From Hyalangium minutum (GTDB taxonomy: Bacteria > Myxococcota > Myxococcia > Myxococcales > Myxococcaceae): 64,000 nt of DNA. Shown piece by piece: positions 34,049-43,217 of this stretch. Position numbers and translations under genes: made by a program. How positions within the stretch are numbered: the stretch's first letter is position 1; every line of letters begins with the position of its first letter. Location: NCBI RefSeq assembly GCF_000737315.1, contig NZ_JMCB01000013.1:1-64000 (forward strand). Direction: 5' to 3'. Under the pieces are notes generated by a model. It ran no database searches, was not told where the DNA came from, and saw nothing but the letters and a program-made list of their open reading frames with translations.

Positions 34049-37015
34049 ATGTGGGGACGTCGGTGGGTGGTCCTAACGGCGTGGGCATGCGTGGCGGCGA
34101 TGGTGGGGGGCTGTGATCGGCCCAGCTCGAACGGGCGAGGCGCGCGGGCGGCGTTCGCGGCGCGCCCCGAGCTGCTCGACTTCGGCCCTGCGGCCGTGGG
34201 CTCGACGAAGACGGTGAAGCTGAAGCTGGCCAATGGCGGCCGCGCCCCGGTGCGCATCGAAGGCGCGCTCTCCAGCGTGCCCAACGTAGAGGTTCCGCCG
34301 TTCGAGCCCTTCTCGCTGAGCGCGGGTGGGGAGACGGAGATCGAGGTCCACTTCACGCCGGAGGTGGAGGGCTCGGTCAAGGGCGTGGTGGAGATCTTCA
34401 CGGACGCGGATGCCTCTGAGAAGACGTCACAGGTGGCCTTCACGGGCTTGGGCGTGAATGCGCTGGTGGAGGTGAAGACGCCCTCGCTGGACTACGGCAA
34501 TGTGACGCTGGAGACCGTGGCCATTCGCGACCTGGTGTTGCGCAACCCCACGAGCGTGGACAGCTCGATGCGGCTGGAGCTGAGGGGGCCGGACGCCGAC
34601 CAGTTCTCCTCCACGATGACCGGCAAGGACGTGGTGCTGAAGGCGGGCCAGGACTGGACGCTGCCCGTGGGCTTCAAGCCCAACCGGCTGGGGACCGCGT
34701 CGGCGGAGGCCCGCGTGAAGGTGTGCGACACGTGTGAGCCCGTCGTCGTCCCGCTCACGGGCATGGGCGTGGCCGCCGAGCTGGAGATCTCCCCGGTGCG
34801 CCTGGACTTTGGCCGCGTGGCCGTGAACGCCACCGCCGAGCAGAGCATCATCGTGCGCAACCAGGGCAGCGCGCCCATGTCCTATACGGGCGCCAACATC
34901 GTCTCCAACGCGGGCGGCGTCTTCCGCGTGGTGAGCACGCCGCTGCCGCAGGGCAACACGCTCAAGCCGGGCGATGCCGCGGAGATCCGCGTGGCCTTCA
35001 CTCCGGCGGCGGTGGGCACCGCGCCCGAGGGCAAGGTGGAGATCCAGGTCCGCGCCTCCAACTCTTCCGCGCCCGTGCCCAAGGTGGCGCTGGCGGGCGA
35101 GGGGGGCTCTTCCTGCATCGGCGTGCAGCCCAGCCTGGTCGACTTCGGTGAAGTGGCCGAGGGCATGGCGGCCACCCGGCAGGTGCAGGTCTACAACCGG
35201 TGCCGCACCCAGGTGCTGGTGAGTGACTTGCAGATCGCCACCCAGCGCGGCGGCTACTTCTCGCTGGCCCAGGCACCGGCGAGCCTGCCCATCGATCCGG
35301 GCAAGTCCGCGCCGGTAGGCGTCACCTTCACGCCTCGGGCCGGGGCGGGGGATGGCGTGGCGCAGCTGTTCGTGACGGTGCGCCAGGGCGCCTCCACCTC
35401 CACCGAGGGCGTGGCGCTCAAGGGCTCCGGCAAGCTCTTCCCGCCGTGCCAGTACACGATGACGCCGCAGGTGCTGAACTTCGGCCGCGTGCCGGTGGGC
35501 TCGGAGGTGGCGCTCGGGGTGTCCTTGCGCAACACCGGTACTACCCCGTGCTTCCTGGCCTCCATGCAGCTTGCGGGTGGCTCGGATGCGGTCTTCAGTA
35601 CGGGGCGCGTGGAGAACACCGTGGTGCTGCCCGGCATGAAGGCTTCGCTGCTGGTGCACTTCAAGCCGGACGCGGCCGCCACCTTCGGCGGGCTGGCCGA
35701 GGCCTGGGTGAATCACCCCAGCGCGGGCCACCCCACCGTGACCGTGCAAGGCGAGGGCTCCACGGGCTGCTTCGCCGTGCAGCCCACCCACGTCGAGTTC
35801 GGCCTCGCCAAGCTCACCTGCGAGCCGCGCGCCAAGGAGCTCGTCGCCTATAACCGCTGCGCTGGCCCCGTCACCGTACAGAGCATGGTGTTGGAGCGGG
35901 ACACCGAGGAGATCTCCCTGTCCGAGTCGCCCCACTTCCCGCTCACGCTGGAGGCCAACCAGAGCTTCCGCATCCACGCCAAGTATGAGCCCACGGACGA
36001 GGGCGAGGATCTCGCGGCGCTGCGCTTCGATCTCGGCCAGGGTTCCGTCTACACCGCGAGCCTTGTCGGCCGGGGCGCCTCCAACGCCAACCAGGTGGAC
36101 TCTTTCATCCAGGAGTCCGCTGCCAAGGTGGACGTGCTCTTCGTGGTGGATAACTCGGGCTCGATGATGGAGGAGCAGCAGAGCCTGGGCGCCAACTTCG
36201 CGGCCTTCATGAGCGCGGCCACCGCTTCCGGCGTGGACTACCACATCGGTGTCACCACCACGGGCCTGGACTCTTCCTCGGGCGGCTGGTCGTCGTGCCC
36301 CGGCGGCGCCGAAGGTGGCGAGAGCGGCCGGCTCTTCCCGGTGAACGGCTCCTCGCCGCGCATCATCACCCCGCTCACGCCGAACGCCGCGGGCGTCTTC
36401 GCCACCAATACCCACGTGGGCGTGTGCCACTGGAACGAGCAGGGCCTCGAGGCTGCCTACCGCGCCCTGTCGGATCCGCTCCTGCACAGCCTGGACGATC
36501 CGCGCACCCCGCAGACCAGCGACGGCAACGGCGGCTTCATCCGCGACGAGGCGCGCCTGGCCATCATCTTCGTCACCGACGAGGAGGACTTCTCCAGCCA
36601 GCCGGTGCCCTTCTATGAGACGTACTTCAAGGCGCTGAAGAGCAATGATCCGGGCAAGCTGAGCGTCTCCGCCATCGCAGGCCCGGTGGATCTGTCCTCC
36701 TGCTCCACCGCGAGCAGCTCCGGCACCCGCTACATCCAGCTGGCCAATGCCACCGGCGGCGTGGTGGAGAGCATCTGCACCCCGAACTGGGCCGAGTCCC
36801 TCAAGAAGCTCTCGGACACCGCGTTCGGCCCGAAGCGCTCCTTCCCGCTGTCGGATGTGCCGGCGGACACGAGCCAGATTGTCGTGAGCGTCAACGGCGT
36901 CCAGATCACCTCGGGCTGGGTCTACGACGGGGCCAGCAACTCCATCGTGTTCGACCAGGGCGCCGCGCCGCCTCCGGGCGCCTACATCGAGGTGACTTAC
37001 CCCCTGGGTTGCTAG
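34049..37015 (+). CDS. Surface lipoprotein with ~6 tandem Ig-like (choice-of-anchor D / ASH-type) domains and a C-terminal VWA domain
   Basis: Lipobox MVGG-C. Repeats of P..LDFG.V......L.N.G..P. MIDAS motif DVLFVVDNSGSM, EQGLEAA..AL, IIFVTDEED. Confidence 0.88.
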   Translation: MWGRRWVVLTAWACVAAMVGGCDRPSSNGRGARAAFAARPELLDFGPAAVGSTKTVKLKLANGGRAPVRIEGALSSVPNVEVPPFEPFSLSAGGETEIEVHFTPEVEGSVKGVVEIFTDADASEKTSQVAFTGLGVNALVEVKTPSLDYGNVTLETVAIRDLVLRNPTSVDSSMRLELRGPDADQFSSTMTGKDVVLKAGQDWTLPVGFKPNRLGTASAEARVKVCDTCEPVVVPLTGMGVAAELEISPVRLDFGRVAVNATAEQSIIVRNQGSAPMSYTGANIVSNAGGVFRVVSTPLPQGNTLKPGDAAEIRVAFTPAAVGTAPEGKVEIQVRASNSSAPVPKVALAGEGGSSCIGVQPSLVDFGEVAEGMAATRQVQVYNRCRTQVLVSDLQIATQRGGYFSLAQAPASLPIDPGKSAPVGVTFTPRAGAGDGVAQLFVTVRQGASTSTEGVALKGSGKLFPPCQYTMTPQVLNFGRVPVGSEVALGVSLRNTGTTPCFLASMQLAGGSDAVFSTGRVENTVVLPGMKASLLVHFKPDAAATFGGLAEAWVNHPSAGHPTVTVQGEGSTGCFAVQPTHVEFGLAKLTCEPRAKELVAYNRCAGPVTVQSMVLERDTEEISLSESPHFPLTLEANQSFRIHAKYEPTDEGEDLAALRFDLGQGSVYTASLVGRGASNANQVDSFIQESAAKVDVLFVVDNSGSMMEEQQSLGANFAAFMSAATASGVDYHIGVTTTGLDSSSGGWSSCPGGAEGGESGRLFPVNGSSPRIITPLTPNAAGVFATNTHVGVCHWNEQGLEAAYRALSDPLLHSLDDPRTPQTSDGNGGFIRDEARLAIIFVTDEEDFSSQPVPFYETYFKALKSNDPGKLSVSAIAGPVDLSSCSTASSSGTRYIQLANATGGVVESICTPNWAESLKKLSDTAFGPKRSFPLSDVPADTSQIVVSVNGVQITSGWVYDGASNSIVFDQGAAPPPGAYIEVTYPLGC

Positions 37016-37043
37016 CCCTGAGAGGGAAAACACGCAGGACCCT

Positions 37044-37080
37044 GGGGGCGTCCCGAGCGGGGCGTCCCCATCGTTATTTT
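37044..37080 (+). terminator. Probable intrinsic terminator after the VWA lipoprotein gene
   Basis: GGGGGCGTCCC-GAGC-GGGGCGTCCCC forms an 11-bp stem (2 G:U pairs), followed by ATCGTTATTTT. Confidence 0.45.
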
Positions 37081-37160
37081 CGCTTCTCACTGTTTCTGGA
37101 CAGACAGAGGAATTCTCCCTCGACATAGGGGTTGGCGCGCGGCAGTTTGAAAGGCGGTCA

Positions 37161-38090
37161 ATGCCTCCAGAATCCCTGCTTGTCGTTGGAGTAGGAGACA
37201 TCCATGGGCGCTTCCACCGGGTGGAGGCGTGGATGGATGCGCTGGAAGCGGCGCGCGGTCGCTCCGTGGATTTCATGGTGGCGGTGGGGGACGTGGAGGC
37301 GTTCCGGCGGGCGGATGACCACCGGCGCAAGGCGGCCAAGCGCGCCATGCCAGCCGAGTTCGCCGAGTACGCGGACGGCACGCGGCGGATGAAGCGGCCG
37401 CTGTACTTCATTGGCGGCAACAACGAGGACTTCGAGGCACTGCACGACCACCCCGAGGGTGTCGAGCTCGCACCGAACGTGCACTACCTGGGGCGGGCGG
37501 GGCTGCGGCACGTGAGGGGGCTGCGGGTGGGCTACCTGTCGGGCATCCACGCGCCGCGCTTCTTCGAGCAGCCCATAAAGCGGCCCACGTCGCTGGATTC
37601 GGCGAAGCAGGCGGGCTACTTCCGCACGCCCGAGGTGGAGAAGGTGACGGGGATAAGGGACGTGGACCTGTTCCTGGTGCACGAGTGGCCCCGGGGCATC
37701 GTCCAGCGCGCCCGGGACGAGGCGCTGCCCTCCTCGCGGCCGCTGCCGTCCTACTGGATTGGCAACCCCATCACCCGCAGGCTGGTGGACACCATCCGGC
37801 CGAGGTGGGTGCTGTGTGGGCACTCGCACAAGGGGTTCGCCGTGTCGCTGGGCGGCGAGGGCCACCGGCCGGTGACACGCATTGCCTGCCTGGATCAGGC
37901 TGCCCGGCCGGAGGAGGCCGTGTTCTGGCTGGAGTACGAGGGCCGCGAGCCCGTGCGTGCGGGGTGGGGCCTCTCGGGCGAGGTGGCGTGGAAGGCGGGA
38001 GAGACGTGGAACCTCACGCGCCTGCCGGCCACCCCGCCTCCCCGTGTCTCCGAGGACGCAGGCGAGATGGAGGAGCACGAGTCTCCCTGA
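37161..38090 (+). CDS. Calcineurin-like metallophosphoesterase resembling RNA lariat debranching enzyme Dbr1
   Basis: GDIHG, [18 protein letters not shown]..G...[22 protein letters not shown], IGNP....L...[11 protein letters not shown]. Order and spacing match the Dbr1/CWF19-type MPE domain. Confidence 0.85.
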   Translation: [309 protein letters not shown]

Positions 38091-38096
38091 GCGAGC

Positions 38097-41000
38097 TCAG
38101 GCGTTCGTGGTGGGCTCCTCCGGAAGGGAAGGCGGGCCCGCGGGCTGCAGCAGCACCTCGAAGGTGGTGCCCTGGCCGGGCGTGCTGCGCACACGGATGT
38201 CTCCGCCCATGGCCTTGACGTAGGTGTGGCACAGGGACAGCCCCAGCCCCGTGCCCATCCCCACCGGCTTGGTGGTGAAGAAGGGATCGAAGATGCGGGG
38301 CAGCACCTCCGGCGGAATGCCCGTGCCGGTGTCGCTTACCTCCACCCTGAGCGGGCCCGCCTCTTCCTGCCGCGCGGTGAGGCGGATCTCGTGCTGGTCC
38401 GCGTGGCCCTCGGGGATGGCCTGGGCCGCGTTCACCAGCAGGTTGAGGAACACCTGGCCCAGATGCGTCTCGTCTCCCATGACCCAGAGCGGCCCCGTGT
38501 AGTCCTTCACCAGCCGGGCCCGGTGGCGGATCTGCCCGCCCGCCATGGAGGCCGCCAGCTCCAGCACGGGCGCCAGATCCACCTGCGTGGGCTGCCGCGG
38601 CTTCGCTCGGGAGAACGTGCGGAGATCCTGGATGATGCGGCTCATCCGATCGGCACCTTGCAGTGCCTCGGCGAGCGCCTGCCCCACCTCCTCCATCCGC
38701 TCGCGGTCCTCCGGGGGCACGTGGAGCGCACGCACCTCCGAGTCCACGAAGTGCAGGTTGGAGATGACGAAGGACAGCGGGTTGTTCAGCTCGTGGCCCA
38801 CGCCTGCGGCCAACGTGCCCACCGCTGCCAGCTTCTCCGCGTGGACCAGCCGCTCCCGCGCGTCCTGCAACTCCTGGACGTGGGCCTGCAGATCCGCGTT
38901 CACCGTGGCCAGCTCCTCGGTGCGCTGGGCCACGTGGGACTCCAGCTGGCGCTCGCGGCGGCCGGCCTGGCGCAGGCGCAGCCACACCAGGCCCGCCACG
39001 GTCAGCACCACCGCCAGCCCGCCCATCGCCCGGAACCACCCCGTTTGGTGGAAGCGAGGTTTCAGCTCGAACATCAGCTCCACGCCCGGGGCCGCGCCAC
39101 CTCCGTCCGCGTACTCCGCCTCCACGAGGAACCGGTAGCTCCCCGGCGGCAGGCTCAGGTACCAGGCCTCGCGCCGGGTGCCGGCCTGGACCCAGTCCTC
39201 GTCCGCCCCCTCGAGCCGGAAGCGGAAGCGCACCTGCTGGGGTGCGCGCAGGCCCGCCGAGGTGTAGCGGATCTCCACCCGGCCCTCACCCCGGGGGATG
39301 GAGCCCCGCTCTGACGGAGGGATGGGACGTCCGTCTACCCTCAGCTCTTCAATGAGCACCGGAGCCGGGGGCAGCCGCGCGGCCTCGGGGCCCGGCGTAT
39401 ACGCGACAGCGCCGCGGATGGTGGGGAACCAGAGCCGGCCGCTGCGATCCCGCCACCCAGCGGGGGCACCCAGGGCGTTGCACTCCGCCGAGCGCATCCC
39501 ATCCTCCGCGCCATAGACGCGCGGGGTGAGGTGCACGAGCCGGCCCTCGGCCACCGCGTCCAGCTCCGCCTTCGACACGTGGGAGATGCCCTTGTTGCTG
39601 CTCATCCACAGGTCGCCCTGGCCGTCTTCGAGGAGCTGGAAGATGCGGTTGTCGTAGAGCCCGTCCGTCACGGAGAAGCGCCGGAACTGTCCCTCCTTCC
39701 AGCGGAAGAGCCCGTCATCGGTGCCGATCCACAGCACACCGTTGCTGTCCTCGTGGAGCGCCGCGACCTTGCTGTTCAGGGGCCCGCGCTCGGGCGCCAG
39801 CAGGGTGCTCCGCCCCTGGAGGAGGTGGGCCAGCCCGCCGTCCCGGGTGCCCAGCCACAGGCCTCCGGCGGCGCTGGCACGCAGCAAGCTCAGGTCCTTT
39901 CCAGGGAGCCCGCCCTCGGGCGTGAAGGGCTCGAAGCGCTCCCCGGTTCTGCGCGCCAGTCCCGTGGGCGTGCCCACCCAGAGGGTGCCCTGGGCGTCCA
40001 CCTCCAGGTAGAAGGCGCGCACGTCCGTCAGTCCCTGTGCCTCGCCGTATGCGGTGAACGTACCGTCGCGCCAGCGGTTGATGCCGCTGCGCGTCCCCAC
40101 CCACACGTTGCCTTCCGGGTCCTCCGCGAGCGTGCGGACGCGATCCAGGACGAGGCCGTCGCGCGGCGTCCAGGACGTCATCGTCCCGTCGCTCTGCATG
40201 CGGGTGACGCCGCCTCCCAAGGTGCCGAACCAGATGCTGCCGTCTCGCATCTGGCGGATGGTCAGCACCATGTCGCTCCCCATGCCCTCCAGTGGCCCGT
40301 AGGGCGTGAAGGGCGCGTCCTTGAGGCGGTGGAGCCCTCGGGCCTCCGTGCCCACCCACAGGTTGCCCTCGCGATCCTCGAGCAGCGTGCTCACCAGGCA
40401 GCCTTCCAGCGGGTGCCCGCGAGGCAGCTCCGAGAGCTGGCCGTGAGACCACCGCTGCAGCCCTCGGCCCAGCGTCCCCATCCAGAGTGTGCCAGCCCGA
40501 TCGAAGAGCATCAGGCCAATGGGAGCACCGGCCGTGCCTGCTCCCGGCACCGGCCGCATGACTCCGTCCACGAGCTGGTAGACGATCCCCGCCTCGGTGC
40601 CGGCCCAGAGCGTGCCCCGCGAGTCGAGGGTCATTGTCCGCACTGTGACGCGCTTCTGGCCTTCGAAGGGCAAGGGCGCCGTCCATGCGGTCCCATCCCA
40701 TCGCTGCAGGCCTCCCTCGCTGCCCGCCCAGATGCTGCCCTGCTCGTCCTCCACAAGCGCCAGCACCGTGTCGTTGGCCAGCCCGTTGGCCACGGTCCAC
40801 GTCCGCAGCTTCCCGTCGGAGACTCGCGAGATGCCGTGCCCATCCGAGGCCACCCACAGACTTCCGTCGCGGGTGGCCAGCAGCTCGTTGGGGCTGGAGA
40901 GGGCCTTGTCCGGCGGAGCGGCCAACGCGAAGAAGGTGCCCTCCCGGAAGCCTGCAATGCCCTCGGTGGTGCCGATCCACAGCGTCCCATCCGGCGCGAG

Positions 41001-41282
41001 CTCCAGGTTCCGCACGGAGCGGCTGGGCAGGGCGTGGGTGTTCGCCGGCTCGAAGACGGTGAAGTTCACCCCGTCGAAGCGGACCAAGCCCTCCCAGGTG
41101 CCGCTCCACAGGTAGCCGTCCGGCGTCTGGGCCATGTCCAGCACGCTGTTCTGCGGCAGCCCCTCCGCCGTCTGCCACGCCCGGTGGGGGAACTGGAGCA
41201 GGGCCTTGTCCGGGTCCAGCGCCCAGGCATGCCCCCAAGCTCCCAGCACGGCTCCCAGCAGCAGGATCCCCCGCAGGCTCAT
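38097..41282 (-). CDS. Sensor histidine kinase with periplasmic beta-propeller (Reg_prop) repeats and a Y_Y_Y domain
   Basis: Signal peptide, many D..G.LW.GT..GL repeats, LPPGSYRFLV, one TM, VGHELNNPL, QVFLNLLVNAAQA, DTGTGI, FFTTKP, GLGLS. Confidence 0.92.
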   Translation of the reverse strand: MSLRGILLLGAVLGAWGHAWALDPDKALLQFPHRAWQTAEGLPQNSVLDMAQTPDGYLWSGTWEGLVRFDGVNFTVFEPANTHALPSRSVRNLELAPDGTLWIGTTEGIAGFREGTFFALAAPPDKALSSPNELLATRDGSLWVASDGHGISRVSDGKLRTWTVANGLANDTVLALVEDEQGSIWAGSEGGLQRWDGTAWTAPLPFEGQKRVTVRTMTLDSRGTLWAGTEAGIVYQLVDGVMRPVPGAGTAGAPIGLMLFDRAGTLWMGTLGRGLQRWSHGQLSELPRGHPLEGCLVSTLLEDREGNLWVGTEARGLHRLKDAPFTPYGPLEGMGSDMVLTIRQMRDGSIWFGTLGGGVTRMQSDGTMTSWTPRDGLVLDRVRTLAEDPEGNVWVGTRSGINRWRDGTFTAYGEAQGLTDVRAFYLEVDAQGTLWVGTPTGLARRTGERFEPFTPEGGLPGKDLSLLRASAAGGLWLGTRDGGLAHLLQGRSTLLAPERGPLNSKVAALHEDSNGVLWIGTDDGLFRWKEGQFRRFSVTDGLYDNRIFQLLEDGQGDLWMSSNKGISHVSKAELDAVAEGRLVHLTPRVYGAEDGMRSAECNALGAPAGWRDRSGRLWFPTIRGAVAYTPGPEAARLPPAPVLIEELRVDGRPIPPSERGSIPRGEGRVEIRYTSAGLRAPQQVRFRFRLEGADEDWVQAGTRREAWYLSLPPGSYRFLVEAEYADGGGAAPGVELMFELKPRFHQTGWFRAMGGLAVVLTVAGLVWLRLRQAGRRERQLESHVAQRTEELATVNADLQAHVQELQDARERLVHAEKLAAVGTLAAGVGHELNNPLSFVISNLHFVDSEVRALHVPPEDRERMEEVGQALAEALQGADRMSRIIQDLRTFSRAKPRQPTQVDLAPVLELAASMAGGQIRHRARLVKDYTGPLWVMGDETHLGQVFLNLLVNAAQAIPEGHADQHEIRLTARQEEAGPLRVEVSDTGTGIPPEVLPRIFDPFFTTKPVGMGTGLGLSLCHTYVKAMGGDIRVRSTPGQGTTFEVLLQPAGPPSLPEEPTTNA

Positions 41283-41366
41283 GGCCCCATCATCCCAAGA
41301 AACACGAAGGGCCGGGCGCCACGATTGGCACGCCCGGCCCCTTGCTTCAGCCCCTACCGAGTGCGG

Positions 41367-42662
41367 TTACCAGGGGCAGTTGACCACTTCCACCGTGCGG
41401 GTGAGCGGGGCCGCGCTGTTGCCGCCGCTGTCCGTCAGCGTGTACTGCACCGTGTAGACGCCCTCGACCCAGCCGTTGGGGAAGCCCGTCCAGTGCGCCT
41501 CGGGGGTGATATCGCCGTAGCAGGTGTCGAACGCCGTCCAACCCGGATCCACCCACTGGCTGCCGCACTGGTGGACCATGTGCGTGGGGCCCTTGAGCGC
41601 GAACTGCGGCGGCTTGGTGTCGTTCACCGTCACGTTGCGGATGGCGCTGACCGTGCGGCCCTGAGCATCCCACGCGATGTACTGCACGGGGTAGGTGCCC
41701 TCGGCGCAGGTGGCCGGCCCGGGGCCGTACGCGTCGTGGCCCGAGTTGTAGTAGTGCACCTCGAGATCCGAGCAGTCCGCGTTGAACGCCTGGGCGCCCG
41801 GATCCGTCCACGTCGTCTCACCGCACTCCAGCGTCATGTCCAGCGAGCCGTTGGGCACCAGCAGCGGGCCCGAGCCCGGCGTGCACGCGGAGCTGGTGCT
41901 CATGTTGCTGCTGTTGCGGGTGAGGTTGTTCGGGTTGTTGCTGCACACCTGGCTGTTCACGCACGCCAGCGCCGCGTGGCTGCAGGTGCCGTCCGTGTTG
42001 CAGATGTCCGTGGTGCAGCTGTCGCCATCGTCGCAGCTCGCGCTGCCGCTGCAGGCGGTGGAGACCACCTCGCCGTTGAGCACCACGTCCGCGCGGCGCA
42101 GCCGGTTCTCCGAGCAGCAGTCATCCACCTGGGTGATGACCACGCGGTTGAGCTCGCCCGCCTTGACGTGCGAGGCCAGGTTCGTCGTGCCGCTGCCGCC
42201 CAGGTACACGTAGCTGCCGGGGATCACCAGGCCGCCCGGGTGCTGGGAGTTGTAGATGGTGACGCGCGAGCCGTCGTCCATGCCGGTGAAGCTGATGGTG
42301 AACGTCGTCACGGCCACGTTGGACGGGATGTTCACGAACGTCTGGAAGTAGGTGAAGTCGCCGTACGCCAGACAGGTGGTCGGCGCGCTACACACCCGAG
42401 AGGGAATGTCGAAGTTGATATAGTCCGGGTTCGGCGCCGACACCCAGTCCGGATCCGAAGCGGCCGGAACGCTGGCCACGTCGTACTCACAGTTCTGCCC
42501 GTGCTGCGTGGGGTTGCAGCTGAACCGCACGAGTCCCAGCGGATTGCTGGCCGTCACCTCGTTACCATTGTGCATCTGCCACGGCGAGCGGCTCTGGGCC
42601 GCCGCGGGCAGGGCGAAGAGAACGGCGAGAGTTCCTACCGCGCCTACCAACTTGTTGATCAT
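41367..42662 (-). CDS. Secreted protein: jelly-roll-like N-domain, a CTDC-type Cys repeat and two DUF5011/HYR-like Ig domains
   Basis: Start ATG 42662 (RBS GAGGGGG), signal peptide ...LFALPAAA|QS, CDDGDSCTTDIC, and two WxDPG.xAFxxC...G.Y.V.Y..xD..G repeats. Confidence 0.8.
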   Translation of the reverse strand: MINKLVGAVGTLAVLFALPAAAQSRSPWQMHNGNEVTASNPLGLVRFSCNPTQHGQNCEYDVASVPAASDPDWVSAPNPDYINFDIPSRVCSAPTTCLAYGDFTYFQTFVNIPSNVAVTTFTISFTGMDDGSRVTIYNSQHPGGLVIPGSYVYLGGSGTTNLASHVKAGELNRVVITQVDDCCSENRLRRADVVLNGEVVSTACSGSASCDDGDSCTTDICNTDGTCSHAALACVNSQVCSNNPNNLTRNSSNMSTSSACTPGSGPLLVPNGSLDMTLECGETTWTDPGAQAFNADCSDLEVHYYNSGHDAYGPGPATCAEGTYPVQYIAWDAQGRTVSAIRNVTVNDTKPPQFALKGPTHMVHQCGSQWVDPGWTAFDTCYGDITPEAHWTGFPNGWVEGVYTVQYTLTDSGGNSAAPLTRTVEVVNCPW

Positions 42663-42709
42663 CTGGTGTAGCCCCCTCGTCGGAGCGGCCAGCCCGTTCT
42701 GGCCAAACT

Positions 42710-42744
42710 TTTTGACGCCCAACGTCACAGTACCAGCGTCAAAA
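42710..42744. promoter_or_regulatory. Operator-like inverted repeat
   Basis: TTTTGACGC-N17-GCGTCAAAA (perfect 9-bp arms), about 48 bp upstream of the 42662 start. Confidence 0.4.
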
Positions 42745-42834
42745 GTGGTTCTTACTGTACCGGGAGAGCAGGCTCGATCTCAAGGGGGGAACAGGTATTA
42801 ATCGCGTTTTTCAGATCTTGATAAAGGCGGCCAA

Positions 42835-43075
42835 TCAAGGGGCAGGGAAGAGGTAAGTCTCAATAAAATCAAAGGCTTGCTGATCGTGGGTGATCTTTGC
42901 ATCCACATCCGCCTGCAAGAAAGTACCTCCTGCGCTGAAGGCCTCATCGAAGCTGTGGTGGACGTTGTGTTGGAGTTCGCCAGCAGCGCCATGAGGGTGC
43001 TGCCCCCGTGGGACCAGCCGAGCACGCCCACGCGGTTCATGTCGATGCCGGGCACGGTGGTGAGGACCTGCTGAA
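42835..43075 (-). pseudogene. Remnant of a dienelactone hydrolase / alpha-beta hydrolase
   Basis: One frame reads VPGIDMNRVGVLGWSHGGSTLMALL (nucleophile elbow). A different frame immediately continues NVHHSFDEAF...QQAFDFIETYLF* (catalytic His segment and C-terminus). The middle and N-terminus are missing, and the region is lower in GC. Confidence 0.7.
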
Positions 43076-43217
43076 AATCTTCCCGGCAGGCGGAGAGAGG
43101 AGCTCGGGCTGGGAGGTGACCGTCCGCTTTGACGGACAGGAATCCGCGCAACCGGCAGACGCCTCCTTCCGATAATGGAGGTATCAGCCACACTGAATCC
43201 CAAAGGCGGGGTCTGCC

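Noticed and set aside
41326-41345. TGGCACG...TTGC sigma-54-like sequence
   Set aside because: The GG-GC spacing is 15 nt rather than the obligatory 10, and it points away from the adjacent minus-strand gene.
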